Shown here in pieces: positions 1 through 11,820 of a stretch of 64,000 nt of DNA. Origin of the DNA: a virus (lineage: Duplodnaviria > Caudoviricetes); IMG/VR virus record IMGVR_UViG_3300029305_002471, positions 7,669 to 71,668 of that record; one strand, 5' to 3'. The notes below the pieces were generated by a model. The model was not told where the DNA came from and did not search any database. It worked only from the letters and a program-made list of their open reading frames with translations. Every line of letters starts with the position of its first letter. The first letter of the stretch is position 1. The translations under genes were made by a program, and so were the position numbers.

Positions 1-305
1 AACGGACAATTTACTCCATAATACTCGCAGTCAAAACTGCATTGTCCATCGCCTTCACACAGAACCCCACCCCACGCATAGTGAAGATAGGCTTCCCGCA
101 AGCCCTCGTACCCGAACCGTTCCCGCAAGCCTGCAAGAACATAGCGTTCTAACTCTTGGTCCCACGCGTCATACATTTCTTGAGTTGGCACCATATCTTC
201 TGGAATTGGCTCACCATCCAGGTGCGTCACATACCATTCTCTAAAAACTCTCGCACCAATATTATATGGATTTCTACATCTATTATTCACCATAAATTTA
301 GTCAT
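1..305 (-). CDS. Hypothetical protein, partial (runs off the window); Cys-rich C-terminus LCEGDGQCSFDCEYYGVNCP
   Basis: Open frame from ATG 305 to the window edge, directly downstream of 313..549; absent from the ORF track because no stop lies in the window. Confidence 0.6.
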   Translation of the reverse strand, partial: MTKFMVNNRCRNPYNIGARVFREWYVTHLDGEPIPEDMVPTQEMYDAWDQELERYVLAGLRERFGYEGLREAYLHYAWGGVLCEGDGQCSFDCEYYGVNCP

Positions 306-312
306 TAACTAT

Positions 313-549
313 TTAATCACAGTCTTCTTCTTCATGTTCTTCCTCCTCTGTAATTATATCCAAAAGCAATACCACCAAATCATATATAAAAAACACCGGG
401 GCAAAAACTGTTAAGGTGACGATGAATGCGACCGAGCGCCACATTCTCAACTTCTCTATCAAATCAAAGTTTTTAAACAAAAGATTTAAACCTATACCAG
501 CCCAAATAGAAAATAAAATTATCATTCTTCTGTTGCCCTCCAAGTCCAA
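313..549 (-). CDS. Small membrane protein with two hydrophobic segments and an acidic tail
   Basis: ORF track 78 aa, TAA stop, overlaps the upstream gene. Confidence 0.6.
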   Translation of the reverse strand: MDLEGNRRMIILFSIWAGIGLNLLFKNFDLIEKLRMWRSVAFIVTLTVFAPVFFIYDLVVLLLDIITEEEEHEEEDCD

Positions 550-1142
550 TAGCTATTCGGCCATGCTTCTAAAATTGCATTATTAACTATAATATGTTCT
601 TCTTCTGCGTCAATTTCTAATGGTTCTTCTAAAACATGCCTATCTTGTAAATCTTTGTCCCATTCGCTCATGCTTTTGGTACTAGTACACCAATAATGCG
701 CAATTCCGGTTTCTTCTAATTGCGAAATATCGACTCCAATAGAATCATAATCAAATGAGGCGTAGCAGCTTACAATGAGCGTTTTTACCCAATAGCGTTT
801 GGGCAAATCCGTTAAATAGATACTGAACAAATTTTCCAGTGCTTTGAACTCTTCTTCAGATATACCATCTTCAAAAAGAGGTAGTTCTGCATGCAGTTCT
901 CTTTTAGGCGGTTCATTATCATTTTTATTATGAAAATCCCAGGTAATTTGCTTGTCTGCTGAAGGGGCAATAGTGACTGTACCCGGGCCTAATATTACAT
1001 GCCCTAAACTTGTTTCTGAAACAATTGGGCCCTTGGTTTCAAATGAAAATTCTGTCCAATCTTGCGTTTTATTTTTCTTTTTAAAAAAATTCAATAGACC
1101 TTGAACTACCTTGCCCAAGCCTGATATAAATTTTGCCCACAT
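522..1142 (-). CDS. Hypothetical early protein (206 aa, no TAG)
   Basis: GGAG RBS at 1151-1154; sigma-A promoter upstream; TGA stop. Confidence 0.7.
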   Translation of the reverse strand: MWAKFISGLGKVVQGLLNFFKKKNKTQDWTEFSFETKGPIVSETSLGHVILGPGTVTIAPSADKQITWDFHNKNDNEPPKRELHAELPLFEDGISEEEFKALENLFSIYLTDLPKRYWVKTLIVSCYASFDYDSIGVDISQLEETGIAHYWCTSTKSMSEWDKDLQDRHVLEEPLEIDAEEEHIIVNNAILEAWPNSYWTWRATEE

Positions 1143-1179
1143 ATATATTACTCCTTATAATTTTTTATTATATATAAAT

Positions 1180-1242
1180 ATTATACATAAAATTTTTTTA
1201 TTTGTCAAAAAATTTGACTTTCCCAAAATTTTTCGGTATAAT
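1180..1242. promoter_or_regulatory. Back-to-back sigma-A promoters
   Basis: Minus: TTGACA(1208-1203)-17-TATAAT(1185-1180). Plus: TTGACT(1214-1219)-17-TATAAT(1237-1242). Confidence 0.85.
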
Positions 1243-1301
1243 ATTCTCGATAGTAAGAGAATTTTGACGGTAAATAGCCCGTTAAAACTGGAGGTGAAAT
1301 A

Positions 1302-2378
1302 ATGATAAAGCTCGATTATTCTTTACAAACTCCAGAAGAACGAAACGAATTAGTCTAGCGCATTTTGGATGAACCACGCGAACATCCATTGCCATCAGCA
1401 TACTTAGATGTTCTAGCTGATTATTTAATTCTTTGTATGGAGAAACAAGAGCGCAAAGAGCGAAATATACTTACTGATAATAGATTAGCTACAGTTAATA
1501 AGCGTGAGACTTCATTTGAGGGTCTTGTTTCCCAATTTGAAAATGGCGAAGATGGCATTTATGGAATTATGACAGAAGATAAAAATCAAATTTTTAGGCC
1601 CAAAATTTCAATCACTAAAGAAGATGTTGAAGATATACCTTGTTTAAAACAACTAAAAGACGCTATACATTATTGGGAAGAAAAAGCAAAAACCGCACAA
1701 GGTCGTGATGCTTTAATAATTAAAAAAACATTAATAGAATTACAAAAAGATTAGTATATTATTAAAAATGCTTATAAAAAACCAATTGTTTTTACATAGG
1801 CCATGCATTCGTCTCGTAATTTTATTCCTTTAGATGGAGAAATTGAAATTGGAAAAGATGGTTTACCAATTTCACATGGTATTACTTTATTGGACCCAAA
1901 AGTATGCTCAGCTATTTTATGCAACTATTCTCGTTTAAAACAAGATAGCTGGGGCAATTTTGAATCTGATACTTGGTATTTAGTTTATGATTTTGAAAAA
2001 ATTTGCGATAAAGCATTAGAGCGTTATCCTTTATATATGAAAATCGTTGAATATAAAATTGATGGAATGCAGAATATTGATATTCAAGAAGCCATTTAGA
2101 AAGAATTTGGAATTAAACATAGTTTAGAATATATTTCTTCTTTGTGGCGCAAAAAAATTCCATAGCTTATTGCATCAGCCGCTGAAGATGAATATTTAGA
2201 CTGGTATTTTCTGAAAGAAGCTAAGGGAACATATAAGCGTTGCTCAAGATGCGGCGAGGTTAAATTATTAAATAATAAATATTTTAGTTTAAATAAGAGT
2301 AGTTCGGATAATTTTTATAGTATATGTAAAAAATGCCGAAATCGTAAATGGGGGCTGGACAAAAATAATCAATCCTAA
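1302..2378 (+). CDS. Putative sigma-like/late transcription regulator (358 aa): region-4-like HTH plus C-terminal CxxC..CxxC Zn finger; 5 in-frame TAG
   Basis: ORF pieces 1365-1754 and 1803-2099 share one frame, joined by TAGs; GGAGGTG RBS; HTH-like KIVEYKIDGMQNIDIQEAIQKEFGIKHSLEYISSLW; CSRC...CKKC; TAA stop. Function is inferred. Confidence 0.5.
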
Positions 2379-2402
2379 TTGGTATTTTTTTTAAGTTTAA
2401 TT
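2356..2402 (+). promoter_or_regulatory. Tripartite phage promoter-like motif, copy A (upstream of the terminase region)
   Basis: TGGACAA-N8-AAT-N13-TTTTTA, followed by an AAAGGAG RBS. Confidence 0.6.
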
Positions 2403-2417
2403 GAAAGGAGAGATTAT

Positions 2418-3626
2418 ATGATAGAACAAGTATATTGTACTAAGTGTGGTCGTACTAAATCGGTTGAAGATTTTTATATTTCAAATAACAAAGAAAAATA
2501 TCCAGACGGCCACATAAATCAATGTAAAAAATGTTTAACTATGCATGTCGATAATTGGGACCCAGACACTTATTTATGGATTCTTTAGGAAATTGATGTG
2601 CCTTATATTCCAGATGAGTGGAATAAATTACTCGCAACCTGGGGTAAAGATAAAAGTAAAATAACTGGCTTAACTATTGTAGGTCGTTATCTGTCTAAAA
2701 TGAAACTAAAACAATATAAAGATTTTAGATGGAAAGATACAGAATTCCTTCAGGAAATGGCAAACAAAAAAATTGAAGAAGCAATGAAACGTCAAGGATT
2801 TGGTGCCGCTGAGATTGCTCAGCAAATTGAACGTAGTAGTTTTACTATGCCAGAAGGCGAATTAAGCGAGCCGCCTCCCCCTGTAAAGCACAATGAAACA
2901 AATCCTTTTATACCTCAAGAGGATTATTTTGATGATGGTGCAACAGATAGTTTAGTGTCGCAATTAACCGATGAAGATAAAACTTATCTTCGTTTGAAAT
3001 GGGGTAAAATGTATAAACCAGATGAATGGATTGAGTTAGAAAAACTATATGTTGATATGATGGAGTCTTATGATATCCAAGCCGCTGGTGATAAAAATAC
3101 CCTTATCTTGGCTTGTAAAAGTTCTCTTAAGGCCAATTAGCTAATTGACATTGGTGATATAGATGGCGCCCAAAAGGCAATGAAAATGTATGATTCGCTA
3201 ATGAAGTCTGGTAAATGGACAGCTGCGCAAAACAAAGCTGAGAATGGAGAATGTGTTGATTCTATTTCTGAGCTTGTGGCTCTGTGTGAACGAGATGGAT
3301 TTATTCCTAGATATTATGTAGATACTCCACAAGACAAGGTAGACCGTGTTATTCAAGATTTACAAGACTATACTCGTAATCTGGTTATTGAAGAGATGCA
3401 TTTAGGCCCGTTAATTGAAAGAGCTGTACGCCAGATAGAACAAGACAGAGACAATGAGAGTGATTATGACGATGAGGATGATGAGACTGATGAGCTTGAA
3501 AGATAGCTTTATGACTCAAATGAAGAACTAGAAAATACAGATGAAGATTATGATGAATATTTTCAATAGCAAGAAAAATTAAAAGAAGCAAATGAAGAAT
3601 TATTTAGACTATTGGAGAGTGAATAA
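2418..3626 (+). CDS. Zn-finger protein directly upstream of TerL (402 aa), candidate terminase small subunit
   Basis: Pieces 2379-2588, 2598-3140 and 3180-3506 in one frame across TAGs; CTKC...CKKC; acidic C-terminus; TAA at 3626, two nt before the TerL ATG. Confidence 0.65.
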
Positions 3627-3628
3627 TT

Positions 3629-6461
3629 ATGGCTTTACAATAGTTATTAGATATATCATAGAAGAGACAAAAAATTGGCATATCAGAAGAGCGTATTGAG
3701 GCAATAAAACCCGCACTGCGGTAGTATATTGCCTTTTGGCGCGAATACCCTGATATGTTTATTGATTTTTTACAAACTGGAGCCGACACAACTGAAGTAC
3801 CAAAAGATGGATTAAAATTTTATTTTTATTAGCGTGTATTCTTACGTATTTCGGTTCGTTATCGCCAAGTTTATGCGGTTTTTCCACGTGGTTATTCCAA
3901 GAGCTTCTTAGCTGTCTTAAGTCTTATGATTAGATGTATTCTTTATCCAGGAGCCAAGTTATTTACTTCTGCTGGTGGTAAGAGCCAAAGCGCAAGTATA
4001 TTAAAGGAAAAAGTTGATGAGCTGTGTAGATTGGTTCCAGCTCTCGCGCGTGAAATTGATAGAAGACCTAAAAAAACGCAAGAATCAAAAGATAAGTGCG
4101 TGTATGTATTTAAGAATGGGTCTTATTTTGATAACGTTGCTGCCAATGAGCGTGCTCGTGGTGGTCGTAGACACGCCGGCGTATTGGAAGAATGCGTTGG
4201 TATCGATGGCAAAATCTTAAAAGAAGTTTTGATACCTATGATGGCCATTTCAAGAAAATGTCTTGATGGAACAAAACAAAAAGATGAAGCTCTAAATAAA
4301 GGTGAACTTTACATTATAAAATTTTTGGACAAAGTGTTATAAATTTTTCTCCCTTATTTTCTTATTATAATGAAAGGAGAGATTTTTATGTATTATATTT
4401 ATAAAATTGAAAATTTAGTCAATCATAAAAAATATATTGGTTTAACCAATAATATATAGCGTAGACATTTACGTCATTTTTCTGATTTAAAAAGAGGTTG
4501 TCATGATAATTCTTTTTTACAAAAAGAATATAATATTTATGGCAAAGACAATTTTTCTTTTGAGCAAATTTTTGAAGGAGATATTAGTTCAAAAGAAATT
4601 GGTGAAAAAGAAAAATATTATATTAAGTTATATGATAGTTTTCACAATGGCTATAACCAGAATGAAGGTGGTAATTTTGGGCCTGCAAATGGCGGTAGTC
4701 ATTTAGTTGAAACAGATATATTAAATATTTTAGCGGCTTTAGAGTTTATGTCTAGACCAGGCCAAATTTTATCTGATATGTTTGGAGTGACGAAAACTAC
4801 AATTAGTCGTATTAAACATGGTGTTAATCATGCTTAGTATAAAGAAAAATATGATAAAATGTCATATGAGCAAAGAAAAGCTATATATGATATTTTTTGT
4901 GAAACAACTAATTTTTACGAAAAAAAAGTATAGACAACAATAATTAAATCCAATAGAAGAATGACAAAAGAACAAGTATTTATGGTTCTTTTAAATGAAG
5001 AGCTTGGAAGAAAAATCCCTTTAAAACGCTTGGCGCGTTAGTGGGGTTTTCATGGAAAAGCTTTAATGTCTATATTGCAAGGAAAAAGTTATAAAGATTA
5101 TGTTTTAGAATATACTAAAATAACACAAGACCAAAAAGAAAAAATAGTGTCATTGCTAAGTAATTAGCAATAGCAAACCTCTTGAATTGCGGGGAAGCCC
5201 AGACCGGGTAATCCGCAGCCAAGCTCCAATTATGGAGAAGGTTCAACGACTATCCCGAAAGGGAGTAGGACGCAAGCGATTGGCGTTCGAAGTGGGAGGC
5301 CCCTACCGGTTAGGCCGAGGGTGAAGATATAGTCTACTCTATATAGGAATATATAGCTGCGAAAGCGTGTCGAATGTAGCGAATTCGACAGAATATAAAG
5401 GAACTACAGCAGGCCAAAAGAGTTCGTATGCCTATCAAAAATTGATTTAGACTTTAGTTAAAATGATTACTGAGCCAGGCTCCGCTTTTATTTTAGGTGG
5501 TACTTATAAAATTTTGGTCCTTTTAGGTCAATACGAAAAGACCTTCGTTCAAGATTAGAAGAGGGATGAAACTTTTAATGAAGCGGCTTTTGGTCGTGAA
5601 TATGAATCGCGCTGGTCTGGTACTGTTGAAGATGCTTTCTTTAATGGCGAAGCTTTTGACCGCAGTCGTGTGATTCTTTAGGCTGAAACAGAATATTCCG
5701 GTCGCTCAACTCAATAGAGCTATTATGTAGTTTCTGTCGATGTTGGCCGAAAAGGATGTGATAGCGTAGCTACAATAATTAAAGTAACTCCATAGTCCGT
5801 TGGAGAGGCATATAAATCTTTAGTAAACATTTATACTATATCAGACGAACACTTCGAAGACTAGGCTTTAAAAATTAAAAAGTTATATTATAAATATAAG
5901 GCTCGTAGAGTGGTTATTGATGCCAACGGCTTAGGTATAGGTTTAATGGATTATATGGTAAAAAGTTAGATTGATTCAGTCAATGGCGATGTTTATCCTC
6001 CTTTTGGAGTATACAATGATGAAGATGGATTTTATAAAAAATTCCAAACTAAAGACACCGAATATGATGCTATTTATACTATTAAAGCTAATGCTCCATT
6101 AAACACGGAAGCGCATAGTAATCTTCAAGCATAGCTTAATAGCGGTAAACTTCGTTTCTTGATTGAAGAGCGAGTTGCTAAAACTAAACTTCTAGAAACT
6201 AAAGTTGGCTAGAATATGAGCAGCGAATAGCGCGCAGAGCGTTTAATGCCATTTTAGTTAACAGATATTTTAAAAGAAGAACTTATGAATTTGCGTGAAG
6301 AAAATGAAGGCGTGAATATAATTTTAAAACAAGCCAATAAAAGAGTTAAAAAAGATAAAGTTTCATCGTTAGAATATGGATTATATTATATAAAATAGGA
6401 AGAAAGCAAGAAGCGTAAAAGAAAGCGTTTTGATGCATCTCAATGGTGCTTTATGAACTAA
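3629..6461 (+). CDS. terL: Terminase large subunit, intron-split: join(3629..4314,5402..6461), 581 aa
   Basis: Walker A-like FPRGYSKS, Walker B-like GVLEEC; splicing restores LYITTAG; nuclease-domain motifs VSVDVGRKG and VVIDANGLGIG; many TAG=Q. Confidence 0.9.
4326..4372 (+). promoter_or_regulatory. Tripartite motif, copy B (inside the intron, upstream of the homing endonuclease)
   Basis: TGGACAA..AAT (shifted by 1 nt)..TTTTCT-TATTATAAT then AAAGGAG. Confidence 0.55.
4388..5185 (+). CDS. Intron-encoded GIY-YIG homing endonuclease (265 aa, TAG=Q)
   Basis: YYIYKIENLVNHKKYIGLTNNIQRRHLRHF...GYNQNEGG; own AAAGGAG RBS; TGA stop overlaps the intron P element. Confidence 0.88.
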
Positions 6462-6477
6462 GAAAGGAGGAACGGAA

Positions 6478-6834
6478 ATGCGAGCGTCATATGGAGAAAT
6501 AAAAATTGAAGAAATTCTTAAAGAAAATGGATTAAATTTTAAAATGGAATATATATTCCCGGATTTGCGTTCCCCCAATGGGAAACCACTTCGTTTTGAT
6601 TTTGCTGTTTTTGACGATGATGGTAATATTGATTTTCTTATTGAATATCAAGGTAAACAGCATTACGAACCTAGCTCAAAATTTGGTGGTAAGAAAGGAT
6701 TTTACTAGCAATAGTTTAATGATAATAAGAAGCGCCGTTTTTGTGCGCTTCATGAATTTACTTTAATAGAAATTCCTTATTATGAAGAAAATCTTATTAC
6801 TTATGATTATATAATGGAAAAAGCTGGGTATTAA
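6478..6834 (+). CDS. PD-(D/E)XK / Vsr-DUF559-like endonuclease (118 aa)
   Basis: LRFDFAV...LIEYQGKQHY motif; continues through TAGs at 6706 to TAA 6834. Confidence 0.7.
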
Positions 6835-6852
6835 AATTAAGGAGGTGAGTTT

Positions 6853-8445
6853 GTGGAAGAAATGAATCGACAAGAGCAAATCCGTAATAAAGGATTTGAT
6901 ATGTATAGCTCAAGAGATACTAAATTTGGTACAATTAAAGTTGGTGTTAAAAAGTTAGAAGATGCGACAGTTAATTTGGGCGCTATTTGTTCTAGTAATA
7001 CCAATTATGGAAATAAAGCTGTTATTATGAAAGCTTTATCAACCAATGATATTGAAACCCAAAGGGAAATCTCTAAATACTTTTATCGTACAAGCGGCAT
7101 TTATGAAAGAACTTGCAATTATTTTGCAACAATGTATAGATATGACTGGTATATTGTTCCAGAAGTATATGATGAATCGGTGGCAGAGACAAAAATTGTG
7201 GGAGATTTTCACAGATTATTAAACTATTTAGATAATTCTTATATCAAAAAAATTTGTGCTGATATTGCTAAAGATGTTATTGTTAAAGGCGCTTATTATG
7301 CTTGTATTATTGAAGGATAGAATGGATTGATTTTATAGGATTTACCAATTAATTATTGCCGTTCTAGATATAACGTTGGAAATACTCCAGTAGTTGAATT
7401 TAATATGAGTTTCTTTGACTAGAAATTCCCTGACGCAACTTATCGTGACAAGGTTTTAAAACTTTTTCCAGCTGAATTTGCTAAAGGATATAAATTATAC
7501 CGTCAAGGAAAATTAAATTCAGATGGAATTGCAAAATCTAATTGTTTTTTGAATTATGGCTGGTATCCTTTAGAGCCAGGCTCTGTAGTAAAATTTAGTC
7601 TAACCGCAGATGATTCTCCCTTATTCGTTAACGCTTGTCCCGCTATTCTTGACTTAGATGCTGCGCAAGATTTAGACCGCCGCAAACAGATGCAGAAGTT
7701 ATTAAAAATTATTGTTCAAAAATTACCCATGGACAAAAATGGTGATTTGATTTTTGATGTAGATGAAGCAAGAGATATTCATAATAATGCTGTTCAAATG
7801 TTGCGTCGTGCTATTGGCGTTGATGTTTTGACTACATTTACAGACGTAGATTCAATTGATACTTCAGACCGCAATTCTTCTACAACTGTTGATGATTTAG
7901 AGAAGGTTGAGCGCACTGTATATAATACCTTTGGTGTCTCACAAAACTTGTTTAACACTTCTGGCAACATGTCTTTGGAAAAATCAATTCTAAACGATGA
8001 AGGCTCTATGAGGAGCCTCGTGTTGCAATTCCAGATTTTTTTTGATATAATAACACAAAAGCGAGGCAAAAATAAGAGTAAATATAATTATCGTTTTTAT
8101 ATGTTAGAAACGACACAATATAATTATAAAGATTTATCTAAAATGTATAAAGAGCAGGTTCAAATTGGTTACTCCAAGATGCTTCCACAGATTGCTTTGG
8201 GTCATTCTCAAAGTGCAATTATTAATACAGCTTATTTTGAAAATGAAGTATTACACTTGAGCGAAGTAATGTTACCTCCTTTAATGTCTTCTACTTTAAA
8301 CGCAGAAGACATTTTGGGCAACAAGGGTAAATCAAATACTTCTACTTCTCAAGATAATACGGAAGAGGGTAAGGCTGGAAGACCAGAATTACCCGATGAT
8401 AAAAAGAGTGATAAAACAATTGCCAATAAAGAATCTATGAGCTAA
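6853..8445 (+). CDS. Portal protein (530 aa)
   Basis: Position after TerL; pieces 6853-7320 and 7549-8445 in one frame across TAGs; size and C-terminal GRP...SDKT tail typical of portals. Confidence 0.8.
8315..8361 (+). promoter_or_regulatory. Tripartite motif, copy C (embedded in the portal 3' end, upstream of head genes)
   Basis: TGGGCAA-N8-AAT-N13-TTCTCA-AGATAATA. Confidence 0.6.
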
Positions 8446-8459
8446 GGAGGAAAATTGAA

Positions 8460-10016
8460 ATGAACTTAAGTATCAAACTTGATTCTCCTTGCGAATTTAT
8501 CAATATTGTTCCTTATAATCCTTTGATTTCTAAGTGTTAGATTAAGGTGTGCTGGGTCGGAGATGAGGCCAATCGTAATCGTAGTATTATTACTAAAGAA
8601 GTTGCGACAGAGATGGCTAATTCATTACCTGGTAGCCCCATTGTTGGTTTTTATAATGAATCTACTGAAGATTTTGAAGAGCACAATAGAATTATTGATA
8701 TTTCTAATGGTCAATTTAAAATTAAAGATACTACTAGACCCTATGGTTTCGTAGACTTAAATGCTAAATGCTGGTTTTAGAAATTTGATGATGAAGGTGT
8801 GGAACATGAATATCTAATGACAGAGGGTTGGTTGTGGACCGGCTAGTATCCAGAAGCACAACGTATTTTGGACCATGGCAATAACTAGTCTATGGAATTG
8901 GATGAAAAATTGATTAATGCGCATTGGACAAAAGACGCTAATGGAAAACCACAGTTTTTCATTATTAATGAGGCAATAATCTCAAAACTTTGTATTTTGG
9001 GTGAAGAATGTGAACCTTGCTTTGAAGGCGCCCAAATTACTAAAGTTCAGTTCTCTTTTGAGGATGGATTCAAAGAGCAATTATTCTCAATGATGAAAGA
9101 ACTAAAAGAAATGATGAATGAAGGAGGAACGCCTGTGTTTACAGTTTACGCAGTAGAAATTGGCGACGCTCTTTGGAGTGCTTTGTATGATTATTTGATT
9201 GCTACTCATCCTCATGAGGAAAATGAGTGGTGTTCTAAATATCGTATTGAAGGTATTTACGAAGAGGGAGACCAAAAGTTCGCTATTCTTCGTGATAACT
9301 CCACTGGTGATTATTTCCGCATGAATTTCTCTATTTCCGAAGATGGTTATAACTTCGGAGAGGAGTTAATTGCTGTTGAGAAAGAATTTGTTCCTGTTAG
9401 TGAGGAACCCCAATTTGCGCTTGACGCCTATGACACTTTTGTGGCAGAATATGCGGCAAGCAAGAAAGAGCCAGAGGGCGAACCCGAAGAAACTTGTCCT
9501 AAATGCGGAAAGCCTCTAAATGAGTGTGAATGCGAAAATGAGGACAAAAAGAATCAATACGTTTTGGAAGAAATTCCAGAATATATGGAGCTTTCTGAAA
9601 AATATACTGAATTAGAAAATAAGTATAGTGCTTTAGAATCCTCTAACGCAACCTTAGTTGAAGAAAAGGCTGCTTTAGAAACCACTAAAGCTGATTTAGA
9701 AGCTCAAATCAGTAGCTTAAATGAATTCAAAATGAAAGTCGAAAGAAAAGAAAAGAAAGCAATGATTTCTGAAACTTTCTATATGTTACCTGAAGAGGCG
9801 ACAAAGGAAATTTTAGAAAATATTGATTCTTACTCTCTAGAAGATATTGAATCTAAGCTATCTGTTTATTGTGTGCGCAACAAGATTAGCTTCGCCAAGG
9901 ATGGAGAAAATCCTGAACTAGACCCACTGAACTACAATCTTGGTAGTTTAAATGACCAAGATGAATCTGTTCCAGCTTGGATTAAAGCTGCTCTTGAAAA
10001 GCAAAAAAATATGTAA
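8460..10016 (+). CDS. Prohead protease/scaffold fusion (518 aa)
   Basis: Pieces 8547-8780 and 8892-10016 in frame from ATG 8460; N-terminal protease-like region (NRNRSII..PIVG..SMEL..LCILG), acidic coiled-coil C-terminus. Confidence 0.7.
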
Positions 10017-10039
10017 TATTTTATAAGGAGGATATAAAA

Positions 10040-10720
10040 ATGGCTAAAACATTTTTAGACAAACTGAGCCAGGCTAACTATGTAGAGCATGGTTATGCTC
10101 AAGTTGAGCCAAACCATCTGTCCGCTCAACGCACTGGCCAGATTTATGCACAGCTTCCTGCCGCTTCCGATATTGCCGTTCTTGAGAATGGTCAGTTCGT
10201 AAAGTATGACTATGCTAAGGGCTTAGTCAATTTTGAAGGCGAAGGCGAATGGATGCTTGTTTACAACGAAGTAAAGTTATATCGTGATGGACAGGACGAG
10301 TGCGAGTTTGCTATGGTAAAGCGCAATTATGCTGCTAAGGTTTATAGCCCCAGCGATGGCGTTTTAACCGACGATGCTAAGTCTCGCGACTACACTGGTA
10401 TTGTTGCTCCTGCTGACCCCTATTCTCTGGACGCAACTGAAGACCCCTTCCATATTTATAGTCAAAATAAGTTTGTTAAGATGCCCGAAGATACCACTAT
10501 GGTGCCTCGTGTATTTAAGACTAATGTTGGCGATATCTTTACTACCAACTGTGTAAACGTTGCTGAAGAAGCCACCCTAGAAGTTGGTGCTATCCTAGCT
10601 CCTGGTGCCAAGGGCATCCTTGAGGAAGCTGGCGAAGATGCTACTATGAAGTGGCAGGTTGTTAAGGTTTATACTATGCCCGACTATCAAAAGGGCGTAA
10701 AAGTTATGCGTATCGCTTAA
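10040..10720 (+). CDS. Probable capsid decoration/cement protein (no TAG)
   Basis: Between scaffold and MCP; strong RBS; high-expression codon usage. Confidence 0.6.
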   Translation: MAKTFLDKLSQANYVEHGYAQVEPNHLSAQRTGQIYAQLPAASDIAVLENGQFVKYDYAKGLVNFEGEGEWMLVYNEVKLYRDGQDECEFAMVKRNYAAKVYSPSDGVLTDDAKSRDYTGIVAPADPYSLDATEDPFHIYSQNKFVKMPEDTTMVPRVFKTNVGDIFTTNCVNVAEEATLEVGAILAPGAKGILEEAGEDATMKWQVVKVYTMPDYQKGVKVMRIA

Positions 10721-10738
10721 TGAAAGGAGAGAAGAAAA

Positions 10739-11797
10739 ATGGCTTTAAATAAAAATGATTTAGTGCAATTAGGTAAAATTGCTATGACTGCTAATCCTTC
10801 TGCTCCTACCGCTTATAGTTTCAATGGTGCTAATTTAACTTATGCAGCTATCAACGAAACTCTTCGCGATGAGTTGAACGCTTTAGCCGGTACTCACGCA
10901 CAATATCGTGAAAATAAGAATTTAATCTTCTCCATTATGGAAGAAGTTCTGGATGATGTTCTGCCTAAGAAGGTTGCAGAGCGCTATGCCGATATGGCTG
11001 TAACCAAGGTGTTCGCACAGGGTGATAAGCCTGAGTTTACTCGTAACCGTACCAATAATCGCCGTGCAAAGCAGTTTATTACTCGCGTTGGTCTGGCTGG
11101 TCGCTATGAAGTTTTCAAGCTTGGTAAGAAAACTGAGAGCTTCCAGGTACCCACTAGCGCACTGGGCGGAGCTGCTCAAATCGGCTTTGAAGAATATTTA
11201 GATGGCCGTATCGACATGGCTGAAGTTCTAAATATCGTTCTTGAGGGTATTGATGAAGCTATTCAGAAGGAAGTTGTCCTGGCTATGGAAGGCGCTGTTA
11301 ACCAGCTGCCTGCTGCTAACCGCGTTTCTATTAACGGTTGGAATGAGGCTGAAATGGACCGTCTAATTTCTATTGTAGCCGCTTATGGTACTCCTGTTAT
11401 TTATTGTACTCGTGAATTTGCTACTCGTATGATTCCTAGCGGAGAGAGTGCAGTTTATCTAACCGAGTCAATGAAAGAGGCTATTTGGAACAATGGCTGG
11501 TTAGGCAATTATAAAACCACTAAGGTTATTATTGTTGAGCAAAGCTTCTTAGATGAGACCAATAGCACTAAGGCAATTAATCCCGCACACTGCTGGATTG
11601 TTCCTACTGGCGCTAATGGCAAGCCCGTTTACATTGCTCTAGAAGGCAACACCCTAATGAAAGAGCATGAAAATGACGATTGGAGCCGTGACATTCAGGT
11701 TTACAAGAAGGTTGGCGTAGTTGCTATGCTGAACAACAGCGTTTGCTACTACTATGACTCCAGCTTGGATATTGATAAGCCTGTTGTAACTGGTTAA
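10739..11797 (+). CDS. Major capsid protein (352 aa, no TAG)
   Basis: Size, position after scaffold/decoration, strong RBS, biased codons, downstream hairpin. Confidence 0.8.
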   Translation: MALNKNDLVQLGKIAMTANPSAPTAYSFNGANLTYAAINETLRDELNALAGTHAQYRENKNLIFSIMEEVLDDVLPKKVAERYADMAVTKVFAQGDKPEFTRNRTNNRRAKQFITRVGLAGRYEVFKLGKKTESFQVPTSALGGAAQIGFEEYLDGRIDMAEVLNIVLEGIDEAIQKEVVLAMEGAVNQLPAANRVSINGWNEAEMDRLISIVAAYGTPVIYCTREFATRMIPSGESAVYLTESMKEAIWNNGWLGNYKTTKVIIVEQSFLDETNSTKAINPAHCWIVPTGANGKPVYIALEGNTLMKEHENDDWSRDIQVYKKVGVVAMLNNSVCYYYDSSLDIDKPVVTG

Positions 11798-11820
11798 TTG
11801 AATATAGTATAAGACTTTTA

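Larger units (their letters stand above)
4315..5401 (+). mobile_element. Group I intron (IA-type) in terL
   Basis: Core elements AATTGCGGGGAA (P), AATCCGCAGCC (Q), GTTCAACGACTA (R), AAGATATAGTC (S); P7.1/P7.2 hairpins; P1 ACAU/GUGU with a U-G pair at the 5' splice site; terminal G at 5401; removal restores the TerL frame. Confidence 0.92.

Noticed and set aside
90-135. Short direct repeat (GGCTTGCGGGAA twice on the minus strand)
   Set aside because: Only two copies, encoding GLRE within a coding frame; no array.
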